Positions 1-9,876 of a DNA stretch of 64,000 bases are shown here, one piece after another (position 1 is the stretch's first letter; every line of letters begins with the position of its first letter). The DNA comes from Pedobacter sp. (GTDB lineage Bacteria > Bacteroidota > Bacteroidia > Sphingobacteriales > Sphingobacteriaceae). The translations under genes and the position numbers were made by a program. A model generated the notes under the pieces. It had not been told where the DNA came from and ran no database searches. It saw only the letters and a program-made list of their open reading frames with translations. The DNA is taken from assembly GCA_037190785.1 (NCBI GenBank), contig JBBCJN010000007.1:109952-173951 (forward strand). The letters are read 5' to 3'.

Positions 1-2
1 AC

Positions 3-1214
3 AAAGCTGATGTGTATGTGATCAATACTTGCTCGGTAACGGATCATGCGGACAAAAAGTGTCGGAAAGTGGTGAAAGAAGCATTGAAATATTCTCCGAA
101 CGCTTATGTCGTGATCGTGGGATGTTACGCCCAGTTAAAACCTGCGGAAATTGCGGAAATCGAGGGCGTCGATATGGTATTAGGAGCAGCGGAGAAGTTC
201 CGGATTGTAGAATTCATTACTGATCTCACGAAAACACCTAAAGCACGGGTGCATCAGCAATCCATTGAACAGGTGAATCACCATTTTATTGCAGCCTATT
301 CCATTGGCGATCGAACCCGTACTTTTCTGAAGGTTCAGGATGGCTGTGATTATCCATGTACGTATTGTACCATTCCTCTAGCGCGGGGGGGAAGTCGCAG
401 CGACACCATTCAGAACGTCCTCCTGCGGGCAAAACAAATTGCCGAGAGTGGGGTGAAGGAGATCGTGCTTACCGGTGTTAATTTAGGGGATTTCGGAATT
501 CGCAACGGGCAGCGAGAAGATCGTTTTTATGATTTGGTAAAGGCACTGGATGAGGTAGAGGGCATTGAACGCATTCGTATTTCTTCGATTGAACCTAATT
601 TGTTGAGTAATGAAATCATTGAGTTTGTAGCCCGCTCAAAACGTTTTGTTCCTCATTTTCATATCCCGCTTCAGTCAGGTTCAAACAAAATTCTAGGATT
701 GATGAAGCGTCGTTATCGCAGGGAATTATATGCGGAGCGCGTACAAAAAATCAAAGAGGTAATGCCCGATTGCTGCATAGGGGTGGATGTAATTGTTGGA
801 TTTCCGGGCGAAACTCAGGAGGATTTCCTTGATACTTATCAGTTCCTGAATGAATTGGAAGTTTCTTATCTCCACGTATTTACCTATTCAGAAAGGGAAC
901 AAACACCGGCTGCAACGATGAAAGGAAAAGTGGTCGGGGCGACACGTTTTGATCGGAATAAGATGTTGCATATTCTCTCCGATAAAAAAAGAAGGGCTTT
1001 CTATGAAAGCCAACTGGGACGTACTGCCGTGGTCTTGTTTGAAGATGATCAGAAAAATGGATACATGCATGGTTTTACCCAAAACTACGTGAAAGTACAG
1101 GCAAAATACGATCCGGTGATGGTAAATGAATTAAAAGAAGTGAAGCTAATGGCTTTTACCGCAGATGGAGAGGTCGAAGTGGCCGAACCTGAACGGGTGT
1201 ACGCACATTCCTAA
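3..1214 (+). CDS. mtaB: tRNA t6A37 methylthiotransferase MtaB (5' end beyond window edge)
   Basis: UPF0004 N-terminus (INTCSVT, VGCYAQ), radical-SAM CxxxCxxC (GCDYPCTYC), IGVDVIVGFPGET and a C-terminal TRAM-like region; frame is open to the window start. Confidence 0.92.
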   Translation, partial: KADVYVINTCSVTDHADKKCRKVVKEALKYSPNAYVVIVGCYAQLKPAEIAEIEGVDMVLGAAEKFRIVEFITDLTKTPKARVHQQSIEQVNHHFIAAYSIGDRTRTFLKVQDGCDYPCTYCTIPLARGGSRSDTIQNVLLRAKQIAESGVKEIVLTGVNLGDFGIRNGQREDRFYDLVKALDEVEGIERIRISSIEPNLLSNEIIEFVARSKRFVPHFHIPLQSGSNKILGLMKRRYRRELYAERVQKIKEVMPDCCIGVDVIVGFPGETQEDFLDTYQFLNELEVSYLHVFTYSEREQTPAATMKGKVVGATRFDRNKMLHILSDKKRRAFYESQLGRTAVVLFEDDQKNGYMHGFTQNYVKVQAKYDPVMVNELKEVKLMAFTADGEVEVAEPERVYAHS

Positions 1215-1310
1215 GTTTATTTGCTCATTTTAATGTAAAGCGATGTAGATTATCCCCCGGATATTTTAGCTTTGGTCTTTCTTTGCTATCTTCGCTTTAA
1301 AAAATAAGTT

Positions 1311-2465
1311 ATGTTCCCTACGGTTTCTCATTTTCTAGAATATTTATTTGGTATTCATCTGCCTCTTCCTTTCAATACATTTGGTGTCTTTGTGGCGCTC
1401 GCTTTTGTGGCGGGTTATTGGGCATTTTCACAAGAGTTGAAACGAAAGGAAGAATTAGGAATCCTAAAGCCGATCAAAAAGAAAGTGGTGACAGGAGAAC
1501 CGGCCAATTTTTTCTCCTTGTTTACCAATGGTATTTTCGGCTTCATTGTAGGGTATAAATTGATTTATGCACTGTTGAACTATCAGCAGTTTGTCAATGA
1601 TTCGCAAACCATTCTTCTTTCCGGAGAGGGAAGTTTTCTTGGAGGGTTGGCACTCGCGGCATTATTTATTTATTGGGAATATAAAGAGAAAGAGAAGAAT
1701 AAACTTCCTCAACCCAAAACGGTTGAAGTAGTGGTTCGCCCACATGAGTTAATGGGAACGCTGATTGTGTGGGCTGCGATCTGGGGATTTCTGGGAGCCA
1801 AGATTTTTGATAATCTTGAGCATTGGGATACTTTTGTGCAGGATCCGATTGGAAGTCTGCTTTCATTTAGCGGGCTTACCTTTTATGGAGGATTGATCTT
1901 TGGAGGGATAGCAGTGCTGTATATTGCGCGTAAAAATGGCATTAAACCCTTGCATATGCTTGATGTAGGCGGTCCTGGAATGATGTTGGCCTACAGCGTA
2001 GGACGAATTGGTTGCCATCTTTCGGGAGATGGAGACTGGGGCATTGTGAACCTACAGGCCAAGCCTTTTAGCTGGTTGCCTGATTGGTTATGGGCATATA
2101 CATACCCCAATAATGTTGCCAATGAGGGGGTTCCTATTCCTGATTGTGTAGGACGTTTCTGTCAGGTGCTTCCTGAACCGGTTTACCCAACCCCTATTTA
2201 TGAGGTCATCGTGGCCTTCCTTCTTTTCCTCATTCTATGGAATCTCCGGCACCGCATTAAGCTCCCTGGAATGATGTTTGGGATTTATCTAATGTTTAAC
2301 GGAGTGGAGCGTTTCTTCATTGAATTGATTCGCGTTAACAGTAAATACACCGTTGCCGGGATTTCTTTTACCCAGGCCGAACTTATTTCAGTTTGTATGT
2401 TTCTCGGTGGATTATTCTTGGTGGTCTCTGCCCTTCGGAATAAGGAAAAGCATGCGCATTATTAA
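1311..2465 (+). CDS. lgt: Prolipoprotein diacylglyceryl transferase (long Bacteroidota form)
   Basis: Multi-TM protein with GAKIF, GLTFYGG, GRIGCHLSGDGDWG, PTPIYE and ERFFIELIR Lgt motifs. Confidence 0.88.
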   Translation: MFPTVSHFLEYLFGIHLPLPFNTFGVFVALAFVAGYWAFSQELKRKEELGILKPIKKKVVTGEPANFFSLFTNGIFGFIVGYKLIYALLNYQQFVNDSQTILLSGEGSFLGGLALAALFIYWEYKEKEKNKLPQPKTVEVVVRPHELMGTLIVWAAIWGFLGAKIFDNLEHWDTFVQDPIGSLLSFSGLTFYGGLIFGGIAVLYIARKNGIKPLHMLDVGGPGMMLAYSVGRIGCHLSGDGDWGIVNLQAKPFSWLPDWLWAYTYPNNVANEGVPIPDCVGRFCQVLPEPVYPTPIYEVIVAFLLFLILWNLRHRIKLPGMMFGIYLMFNGVERFFIELIRVNSKYTVAGISFTQAELISVCMFLGGLFLVVSALRNKEKHAHY

Positions 2466-2468
2466 CCT

Positions 2469-3263
2469 ATGAATTACGAACTGCTGTGTACGAAAGTAGT
2501 GGCAATTGCCAGACTTGCAGGTAATTTTATCCGCAAAGAGTCCATCGGTTTTGATCAAAAACAGGTGGAGTACAAGGGGCTGAATGATCTTGTTTCTTAT
2601 GTGGATAAGCATGCCGAAAAACAGTTGGTTAGGAATCTGAATAAGTTGCTCCCCGATGCGGGATTTATCACAGAAGAAAATACACGTAATGTGAGTGATA
2701 AGTCTTTTACATGGATCATTGATCCATTGGATGGTACCACTAATTTTATTCACGGAATCCCTACCTATTCGGTCAGTATTGCTTTGTATGAGGAAAACCA
2801 GCCCGTGCTTGGGGTGGTTTACGAAATTAATCGGGGAGAGATGTTTTACAGTTACAAGGGAGGTCCTGCTTATCTTAATCAAAAGGAAATCAGGGTCTCT
2901 TCGGCTCCTACTTTTGACCAAAGCCTGCTCGCTACCGGTTTCCCTTATTACCAGTTCGAACAGCAACAGGCGTACATGAATTTACTAAGGGAGTTAATGC
3001 AGCAATGCCATGGAATTCGCCGGATAGGGTCTGCCGCTGTTGACCTGGCTTATGTGGCATGCGGACGTTTTGATGCGTATTTCGAATATAACCTTCAAGC
3101 CTACGACATGGCAGCAGGGGCTTACCTGGTGCAACAGGCGGGGGGAGATATTTTGAATTTTGACGGAGGGACGGATATATTGACTCCCCGAGAGGTCATT
3201 GCCACGAATGGAAAATTGTCCGAAGCACTTCTTCGCCTAATACAAAAGCACTTTTCAGCTTAA
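2469..3263 (+). CDS. suhB: Inositol monophosphatase family protein (SuhB-like)
   Basis: WIIDPLDGTTNF, RRIGSAAVDLAYVACGRFD and YDMAAG motifs. Confidence 0.9.
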   Translation: MNYELLCTKVVAIARLAGNFIRKESIGFDQKQVEYKGLNDLVSYVDKHAEKQLVRNLNKLLPDAGFITEENTRNVSDKSFTWIIDPLDGTTNFIHGIPTYSVSIALYEENQPVLGVVYEINRGEMFYSYKGGPAYLNQKEIRVSSAPTFDQSLLATGFPYYQFEQQQAYMNLLRELMQQCHGIRRIGSAAVDLAYVACGRFDAYFEYNLQAYDMAAGAYLVQQAGGDILNFDGGTDILTPREVIATNGKLSEALLRLIQKHFSA

Positions 3264-3316
3264 CAATAGGCAAAGGGTGAACCTGTCCCGACAGAATCCC
3301 TCTCTAGATTTGTCCC

Positions 3317-3661
3317 CTATGGCCTTCTATTCTTAATCACCGGCGTGTAGGGACCAATGTGAACGCGAATGAAGCTTTCCTGTTCGGTGTTCAGACAGAT
3401 TACAGGCGATCCTCTCGTTGCGAGCGTTGTCATATTCCAATGATCGCGGTCTCCTTCCTGTCTATACAGACCATCAAACACTTTATTTAGAGAGACGTGC
3501 CTAATTTTTGCTAACGGATAGGAGGGAGCAAAGGATTCACTTCCTTTTACCGGGCTAGAAATGACATTCGGTATTTCCGCAACAAACGCATGTTTAAGTG
3601 GATTCTTAAAAGCAGAACGACGTGTATTAAAAACTCTTCTGAAAGATACAAAACGTATCAT
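3317..3661 (-). CDS. Possible hypothetical protein (114 aa), unverified
   Basis: Only ORF of 60 aa or more in the 480-bp gap between convergent suhB and nfu; no recognisable motif. Confidence 0.25.
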   Translation of the reverse strand: MIRFVSFRRVFNTRRSAFKNPLKHAFVAEIPNVISSPVKGSESFAPSYPLAKIRHVSLNKVFDGLYRQEGDRDHWNMTTLATRGSPVICLNTEQESFIRVHIGPYTPVIKNRRP

Positions 3662-3741
3662 CCCGGGTTTTGAAAGATTTTAAATGCTTCGTTCCACTTT
3701 TATTGGAAAAAGAGAAAAGATTTTAACAGGTAGTTTCAAAC

Positions 3742-4293
3742 TTACAGGGCTTCAGAGACCACTTCTTTAACCTCGGGAACCATTCTCTGCAACAGGTTTT
3801 GTATTCCAGATTTAAGTGTAATGGTAGAAGAGGGGCAGCCGCTGCAGGAGCCTCTCAGTTCGACCGTCACTACTCCTTCATCAAAAGATTTATAACTGAT
3901 TGCACCGCCGTCCTGTTCCACTGCCGGACGAACATAATCATGGAGGATTTGCTGAATTTTCACTTCAATCTCAGTGCCTTCAAACTGAGGGTTTTCGAGC
4001 TCATTAAGGTCTTTAATCTTTAACTCAGATTCCACAGCGCCTTTTACAAACTCTTTTAGAATAGGCTCGATGTCATTCCAATCAACCCCTTCCGTCTTTG
4101 TAATCGTGACGAAATTGCTGGCAAAAAAGACACCGTTTACAAAGTTGAATTTGAAAAGCTCTTTTGCAAATGGAGAACTTTCCGCACTTTCTTTTGTGGC
4201 AAAGTCCTCGCTGCCGTTGATCAACAGTTTATTAACCATGAATTTCATGGTTGAAGGATTAGGCGTTTGTTCTGTATATACGTTAATGGTCAT
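3742..4293 (-). CDS. NifU/Nfu family Fe-S scaffold protein
   Basis: N-terminal Nfu domain (EQTPNPSTMKF) and C-terminal NifU domain with LRGSCSGCPSS (CxxC). Confidence 0.92.
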   Translation of the reverse strand: MTINVYTEQTPNPSTMKFMVNKLLINGSEDFATKESAESSPFAKELFKFNFVNGVFFASNFVTITKTEGVDWNDIEPILKEFVKGAVESELKIKDLNELENPQFEGTEIEVKIQQILHDYVRPAVEQDGGAISYKSFDEGVVTVELRGSCSGCPSSTITLKSGIQNLLQRMVPEVKEVVSEAL

Positions 4294-4419
4294 TGTCTGA
4301 ATGAATTGATATACAAAAGTAAAAAATAGAAACAGGAGATGCAGCGATCTCTTGTCTAATTTTAGTCATTTATGATAAAAGCCCTTGTATATGCTTTTAA
4401 AGGCCTGATTGCGTAGTTG

Positions 4420-5766
4420 TTAAAAGATACCGGTATAGTTAAAAGGGCTAATGTTTTTCAATTCTGTCTTAAGTTCCTCTGAAATATTCAGTCCATCGAT
4501 GAATTGAGCCATGGTCTCACTGGTAATTTTTTCATTGGTTCGCGTCAGTTCTTTAAGCGCCTCGTAGGGGTTTGGATAAGCTTCCCGTCGCAACACTGTC
4601 TGGATGGCTTCCGCAACAACAGCCCAATTTTGTTCCAGATCGGAACGAATGGCATCTTGATTTAAAAGAAGTTTGTTCAGCCCTCTGAGGGTTGATTGAA
4701 TAGCGAGCAGGCTATGCGCTAAAGGAACGCCTACATTTCTTAAAACAGTCGAATCAGTGAGGTCTCTCTGAAGACGGGATATAGGGAGTTTTGCAGCAAA
4801 GAACTCAAAAAGAGCGTTAGCTACTCCGGCATTTCCCTCTGCATTTTCGAAATCGATCGGATTGACTTTATGGGGCATGGCAGAAGAACCGACTTCCCCT
4901 GCTTTTATTTTTTGTTTAAAATAGTTTTTGGAAATATAAGCCCATACATCTCTATCCAGATCGATCAGAATATTGTTTATTCGTTTAAGGGCATCACATT
5001 GCGCAGCAAACTGATCGTAGTGTTCAATTTGGGTTGTATGTTGAGCACGGTTCAATCCCAAGCGGTCATTGACAAAATGATTGGCAAAAGAAGGCCAGTT
5101 AATGGCCGGGTAGGCAAGGTGATGAGCATTGAAATTGCCTGTTGCCCCTCCAAATTTGGCACTGTTGGGAATGCTAAAAAGTTGTTTCGTCTGAATCTGT
5201 AAACGGTCTGCAAAGATGAGGAACTCCTTTCCTAATTTAGTAGGAGAGGCAGGTTGACCGTGGGTATAAGCCAACAAAGGTATTTCTTTCCACTCTTCAG
5301 CAAGGGAATGGATTTTTTCGATTAATTCGTTGAGGGCGGGTTGGTAAATCTGGTTTAAACCTTCTTTAAATGAATAAGGGATAGCGGTATTATTAATGTC
5401 TTGGGAGGTAAGTCCGAAGTGGATAAATTCCTTAAAGGTACTCAGGTGTAGTTCATCAAAACGGGCCTTCACGAAGTATTCTACAGCTTTTACGTCGTGA
5501 TTGGTAATCCGTTCAGTAGCTTTTACCTCTTCCGCATGCGATTCATTGAAGTTTTCATAAATGGCCCGAAGTGTCGGATAGTGTGTCTTGTCAAAATTCT
5601 CGAGTCCTGGGAGCTTAATTTCACAAAGCTCAATGAAATATTCGATCTCAATAAAGACCCGGTACCTGATAAGGGCATATTCAGAAAAAAAATCAGCAAG
5701 AGATTCAGTGTTTTTTCGGTAACGCCCGTCGACTGGTGAAATGGCTTTTAGAGGAGATAAATTCAT
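4420..5766 (-). CDS. purB: Adenylosuccinate lyase
   Basis: AISPVDGRY, TNHDVKAVEY, THGQPASPT and the fumarate-lyase signature GSSAMPHKVNPIDFEN. Confidence 0.96.
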   Translation of the reverse strand: MNLSPLKAISPVDGRYRKNTESLADFFSEYALIRYRVFIEIEYFIELCEIKLPGLENFDKTHYPTLRAIYENFNESHAEEVKATERITNHDVKAVEYFVKARFDELHLSTFKEFIHFGLTSQDINNTAIPYSFKEGLNQIYQPALNELIEKIHSLAEEWKEIPLLAYTHGQPASPTKLGKEFLIFADRLQIQTKQLFSIPNSAKFGGATGNFNAHHLAYPAINWPSFANHFVNDRLGLNRAQHTTQIEHYDQFAAQCDALKRINNILIDLDRDVWAYISKNYFKQKIKAGEVGSSAMPHKVNPIDFENAEGNAGVANALFEFFAAKLPISRLQRDLTDSTVLRNVGVPLAHSLLAIQSTLRGLNKLLLNQDAIRSDLEQNWAVVAEAIQTVLRREAYPNPYEALKELTRTNEKITSETMAQFIDGLNISEELKTELKNISPFNYTGIF

Positions 5767-5885
5767 GAAAATTTTGTTTTTCGCAAAGTTACTATTAATC
5801 TCCCATTTTTAAAGACATGGGTGAAATGAACTCGTTGCTAATTACTGGAAAAGAAAGTAAATTTTTTAGGAAAAAGGATGTAAAC

Positions 5886-5917
5886 TAAAAAAGGAGATCC
5901 CGGGATCTCCTTTTTTA
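5886..5917. terminator. Perfect 32-bp palindrome, probable intrinsic terminator
   Basis: TAAAAAAGGAGATCCC/GGGATCTCCTTTTTTA, 22 nt downstream of the small lipoprotein stop. Confidence 0.8.
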
Positions 5918-5939
5918 TAATGTGCTATTTGCGATCAGA

Positions 5940-6107
5940 CTAGTGAGCAGCAGTATCAGCAGCAGTAGTATCCACAGCTACAGTGTCAACAGCTACAGTA
6001 TCCACAGCTACAGTATCAGTACCTTCAGATTTGTTTTCTGAGTTACAAGCAACTACTGATAAAGATAAAGCTAACGCTAAAAAGCCAAGTTTGAAAAAGT
6101 TTTTCAT
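5940..6107 (-). CDS. 55-aa lipoprotein with DTVAV repeats (below ORF-track cutoff)
   Basis: Hand translation: MKNFFKLGFLALALSLSVVA-CNSENKSEGTDTVAVDTVAVDTVAVDTTAADTAAH*. Has a signal peptide with lipobox VVA-C, an upstream promoter and a downstream terminator. Confidence 0.85.
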   Translation of the reverse strand: MKNFFKLGFLALALSLSVVACNSENKSEGTDTVAVDTVAVDTVAVDTTAADTAAH

Positions 6108-6154
6108 TCTAATTTTCTGTTTAAATAATTAATTAATTTTACATGTTAATACTG

Positions 6155-6185
6155 CAAAGGTAAAAAGGTAACCCTCATAATCGAA
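6155..6185 (-). promoter_or_regulatory. Bacteroidota housekeeping-type promoter for the small lipoprotein
   Basis: Minus strand TTCG-N19-TACCTTTG matches the -33/-7 consensus TTTG...TAnnTTTG. Confidence 0.6.
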
Positions 6186-6421
6186 AAAAAGTTAAAATAT
6201 TTTTGATCTCTGTCTGAAGCCAATGAATTTTTCCTTTTTATTCCATAGACAAAATAAGTGCAATACGGATCCGTTACAGAAGGGAATGTTTTTCTACAAA
6301 GTGCCTGGAAAGACTCTTTTCGAAAGGCTTGGTTTTCGTAGTAAGTAGCGTAGAAATATTCGTATAGAATTTTTTTTTTGGTTATCATTGGGTTACTATT
6401 CCATCATAAAGGTATTAATAA

Positions 6422-6994
6422 GTGAGCAACAAGTTAAGCAGTTCAGTCCCAAGCGATAGAGAGGTGGTGTTGGGTATCCTGAATCATTCGAACGAAGTGT
6501 TGAATAGATTGTATACGGGTTATTTTCCGATGATTTTACAATTTATTCTCCATAATAACGGAGATGAAGAGGATGCGAAGGATGTTTTTCAAGAGGCCAT
6601 CATTGTCTTGTATGACAAAGTGCGTGCTGGAGATTTTGAACTGAGTAGCAAGTTAAAAACCTATTTGTATTCGGTAAGCCGGAGGATATGGTTAAAAAAG
6701 TTAGCGCAGCAGCATCGGAAGTCGGATAATATTGCAGATTTTGAAGATGTACTTTTAGTGGAGGAGGATATGGAGCAGCATGAACAAAAGGATCTTCAGT
6801 TTCATAAGATGAAGCGTGCGATGGAAAGTTTGGGAGAACCCTGTCACACAATTATAAAGGATTTTTATATCCACAATTTATCTATGCAGGATATCTGCGA
6901 AAAGTTCGGTTATACGAATACAGACAATGCTAAAACGCAAAAGTATAAATGCCTGCAAAGGCTTAAACGGTTATTTTTTCAATCATCGTCATGA
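6422..6994 (+). CDS. ECF RNA polymerase sigma factor
   Basis: GTG start; sigma2 DAKDVFQEAIIVLY...LKTYLYSVSRRIW and sigma4 LSMQDICEKFGY...KTQKYKCLQRLK. Confidence 0.9.
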   Translation: MSNKLSSSVPSDREVVLGILNHSNEVLNRLYTGYFPMILQFILHNNGDEEDAKDVFQEAIIVLYDKVRAGDFELSSKLKTYLYSVSRRIWLKKLAQQHRKSDNIADFEDVLLVEEDMEQHEQKDLQFHKMKRAMESLGEPCHTIIKDFYIHNLSMQDICEKFGYTNTDNAKTQKYKCLQRLKRLFFQSSS

Positions 6995-8085
6995 GGAATG
7001 AGATCGCTTTAGAATCTATTATTGAAGATTACCTGAAAGGCAAACTAAGCCCGGAGGAAACCCACGCTTTTGAACAGTTGAGAGCCAGTGATCCTAGCGT
7101 GGATCACCGCGTAGTCACCCACATGGTTTTTCTGGAATCTATGAAGCAATATGCGGAAGTACTCCAGTTAAAAGAGCAGATGGATGCAGCCCATCAACAA
7201 CTGGATGTCGAGACCCTCAGCACTCGTTTGCGCCCTCACCGCTCTAAAATAGTGAGGTTATGGCAAAGCAATCGCTCTGCCATCGCCATTGTCGCATCCT
7301 TTTTGTTTTTTTCTCTGATTGTGTTTTATTCACATCGCAGCCAAACCAAACAGGAGGGAACGTTAAAGTTGCTGAGCGGAGAAGTTTCCAAGATCAAACA
7401 CTCACAAAGCACGCTCATCCGAAAAGTAGACAATACCGCGAAGAATTTTTCGGAGAATAGCCCCGCTGCACGATTCAGTGGCAGTGGTTTTGCCATCGCT
7501 AGCAACGGATATATTCTCACAAATTACCATGTAATTAAAGGCGCCGACTCCGTTTATATTCAAAATAGTAAAGGTGAGTCTTTCCGGGTAAAAGCATTTT
7601 ACACAGATCCCATTAATGACATTGCGATTTTGAAAATTAATGACCTGTCTTTTAGCAATCTTGGCTCGTTACCTTACAGCATCCGTAAAACAGGGACCGG
7701 CATTGGAGAGCAGGTTTATACCCTCGGTTATCCGAAAGACGACGTGGTGCTAGGAGATGGATATGTTAGCTCTAAAACGGGAATGAATGGCGATAGCCTC
7801 GCTTATCAGGTAGCTATTCCCGTTAACCCGGGCAATAGCGGAGGACCTTTGTTAGACAACCATGGAAATATTGTCGGGGTGATTAATGGAAAGGAAAATA
7901 AAACCGATGGGGCCGCATTCGCCATTAAATCTAAATACATCATCGAAGCGCTGAATGCCATTCCTCAGGATTCTCTCCAACGGAAAGTTCCTTATGGAAA
8001 ACGAAGTCAGCTTCAGGGACTAAAAAGAAATAAACAGGTCGAAAAAATACAGAGTTATGTATTTATGATCAAGGTATATAAATAA
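6991..8085 (+). CDS. Membrane-anchored trypsin-like (S1C) serine protease with anti-sigma-like N-terminus
   Basis: Triad motifs TNYHV / DIAILKI / GNSGGP, one TM (AIAIVASFLFFSLIVFY), N-terminal IEDYLKGKLSPEE...FEQ helix; 4-nt overlap with sigma gene; no PDZ seen. Confidence 0.85.
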   Translation: MRNEIALESIIEDYLKGKLSPEETHAFEQLRASDPSVDHRVVTHMVFLESMKQYAEVLQLKEQMDAAHQQLDVETLSTRLRPHRSKIVRLWQSNRSAIAIVASFLFFSLIVFYSHRSQTKQEGTLKLLSGEVSKIKHSQSTLIRKVDNTAKNFSENSPAARFSGSGFAIASNGYILTNYHVIKGADSVYIQNSKGESFRVKAFYTDPINDIAILKINDLSFSNLGSLPYSIRKTGTGIGEQVYTLGYPKDDVVLGDGYVSSKTGMNGDSLAYQVAIPVNPGNSGGPLLDNHGNIVGVINGKENKTDGAAFAIKSKYIIEALNAIPQDSLQRKVPYGKRSQLQGLKRNKQVEKIQSYVFMIKVYK

Positions 8086-8105
8086 GATTTTGTCATTAAA
8101 GATAG

Positions 8106-8139
8106 AACCGTGGATTTGTGAAAGTTCGCGGTTTTTTTT
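8106..8139 (+). terminator. Probable intrinsic terminator after sigma/protease pair
   Basis: AACCGTGGA...TTCGCGGTT stem followed by T-run. Confidence 0.6.
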
Positions 8140-8151
8140 GCAATAGTAAGA

Positions 8152-9075
8152 ATGGAATTCGGAAAATTACCCCCTTCAGCCATTGAGCAGGTAGATTTTA
8201 GTTTGCCGAGTGATGGCGCCTTCACAAAAGCAGTGTTAAATGGGCCTAAGAGTCATCGGGCTGCTTTTTACGTAGGCTGTGCGAAATGGGGACGTAAGGA
8301 ATGGAAAGGATTAATATATCCTCCGAAAACCAAAGAAGCAGATTTTCTGGCGGCCTATGTTCGCCAGTTTAACTCCATAGAGCTGAATGCAATCTTCTAT
8401 CAGCAACCCCGGGCAGAACAAATGCAGAAATGGAAGACAATTGCTGATGTATACGCTCCCGGCGAATTCCTCTTTTGCCCAAAAATTTCCCGTACCATTT
8501 CGCATATCCACCGCTTAAAAAACGCAGAAAAACTGACAGACGATTACCTATCCGCCATTGTGGAGCTAAAACCGTATCTCGGTCCTTGTTTCTTGCAGCT
8601 GAATGATCAGTTTGGGCCTTCACAATACCCCGTCTTAGAAAGCTACCTGAAAAAATTGCCTGAAGATTTCTCCGTCTTTGTAGAAGTCAGGCACCCTCAA
8701 TGGTTTCAGGATCGAGAAAGTCGCTATCAATTGTTTCAGTTATTGAAAGACACAAAAAAAGGAGCTGTAATTACAGATGCAAGTGGCCGAAGAGATTGTT
8801 TGCATATGGAATTGCCTATTCCGGAAGCATTTATCCGTTTTGTCGGAAATGGGGGAAATTTACTGAAATCAGATCAGCAGCGCATTGACGAATGGACATT
8901 AAGAATCAAGCAGTGGTTGGAAAATGGCTTGGAAAAAGTGTATTTCTTTCTTCATCAACACGATGAAAAAGACACACCGGTGATTGCCGATTACACCATC
9001 CGAAGGTTTAACGAAACACTTCATAGCCAGCTCCCCAGAATCCGTTTCATTCAGGGACAGCAACTTTCTTTTTAA
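8152..9075 (+). CDS. DUF72 (YecE-like) family protein
   Basis: VGCAKWGRKEWKG, FNSIELNAIFY, FCPKISRTISH, VEVRHPQW, FIRFVG pattern. Confidence 0.85.
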   Translation: MEFGKLPPSAIEQVDFSLPSDGAFTKAVLNGPKSHRAAFYVGCAKWGRKEWKGLIYPPKTKEADFLAAYVRQFNSIELNAIFYQQPRAEQMQKWKTIADVYAPGEFLFCPKISRTISHIHRLKNAEKLTDDYLSAIVELKPYLGPCFLQLNDQFGPSQYPVLESYLKKLPEDFSVFVEVRHPQWFQDRESRYQLFQLLKDTKKGAVITDASGRRDCLHMELPIPEAFIRFVGNGGNLLKSDQQRIDEWTLRIKQWLENGLEKVYFFLHQHDEKDTPVIADYTIRRFNETLHSQLPRIRFIQGQQLSF

Positions 9076-9132
9076 AGGCAATTTCGTATATTAGATTTCA
9101 TTTATTTTTTCACGATTTAATTAAAAAATGCC

Positions 9133-9768
9133 ATGAGTTTAAGAATTGGAGACATTGCGCCGAATTTTAATGCGATAACTTCTATAGGAAAGATAGACTT
9201 TTACGACTACCTTGGAGATAGCTGGGGTGTTTTATTTTCACATCCTGCTGATTTTACCCCGGTTTGTACCACAGAATTAGGAAGGACCGCTTCCCTAAAA
9301 GCGGACTTTGATCAGCGAAATGTCAAAGTTTTAGCATTGAGTGTCGATTCTGCAGCATCTCATATAGAGTGGATCAAAGACATTGACGAAACACAACGTA
9401 CGAAGGTAGAATTTCCAATCATCGCCGATGAAGATAGACAAATCGCCCATGCTTACGATATGATCCATCCCAATGCTTCCGAAACGCTGACGGTTCGCTC
9501 GCTATTTGTGATTTCTCCGGATAAGAAAGTCAAATTAATCATCACCTATCCAGCTTCCACTGGAAGAAATTTTACTGAAGTTTTGAGAGTCATTGACTCG
9601 TTGCAGCTGACAGCTGATTTTAGTGTGGCCACCCCGGCAGACTGGATTGATGGCGAAGATGTGATTGTCGTGAACAGTATCAAAACGGAAGATATCCCTT
9701 CCAGATTTCCAAAGGGATATACCGAGGTAAAACCTTACCTCAGAACTACGCCTCAGCCCAATAAATAG
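9133..9768 (+). CDS. 1-Cys peroxiredoxin (Prx6)
   Basis: FSHPADFTPVCTTE active site; YPASTGRNF; ATPADW. Confidence 0.93.
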   Translation: MSLRIGDIAPNFNAITSIGKIDFYDYLGDSWGVLFSHPADFTPVCTTELGRTASLKADFDQRNVKVLALSVDSAASHIEWIKDIDETQRTKVEFPIIADEDRQIAHAYDMIHPNASETLTVRSLFVISPDKKVKLIITYPASTGRNFTEVLRVIDSLQLTADFSVATPADWIDGEDVIVVNSIKTEDIPSRFPKGYTEVKPYLRTTPQPNK

Positions 9769-9798
9769 ACCTTCAGGAATATTATTGTTTACAAAAGT

Positions 9799-9845
9799 GG
9801 GTGTTCAGCTGTTTGTCCGGTATTTAGGAAACCAGTTGAACACCC
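9799..9845. terminator. Long inverted repeat between convergent prx and DUF2723 genes
   Basis: GGGTGTTCAGCTGTTT ... AAACCAGTTGAACACCC. Confidence 0.6.
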
Positions 9846-9876
9846 CTTATAGGGAAAATTTTTACGAATGGTGAAA

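Noticed and set aside
3264-3741. 480-bp gap between suhB and nfu examined as a possible tmRNA, RNase P, SRP or TPP element
   Set aside because: No tRNA-like ends, no GAGGAAAGTCC, no SRP or TPP core motifs on either strand; kept only as a low-confidence ORF
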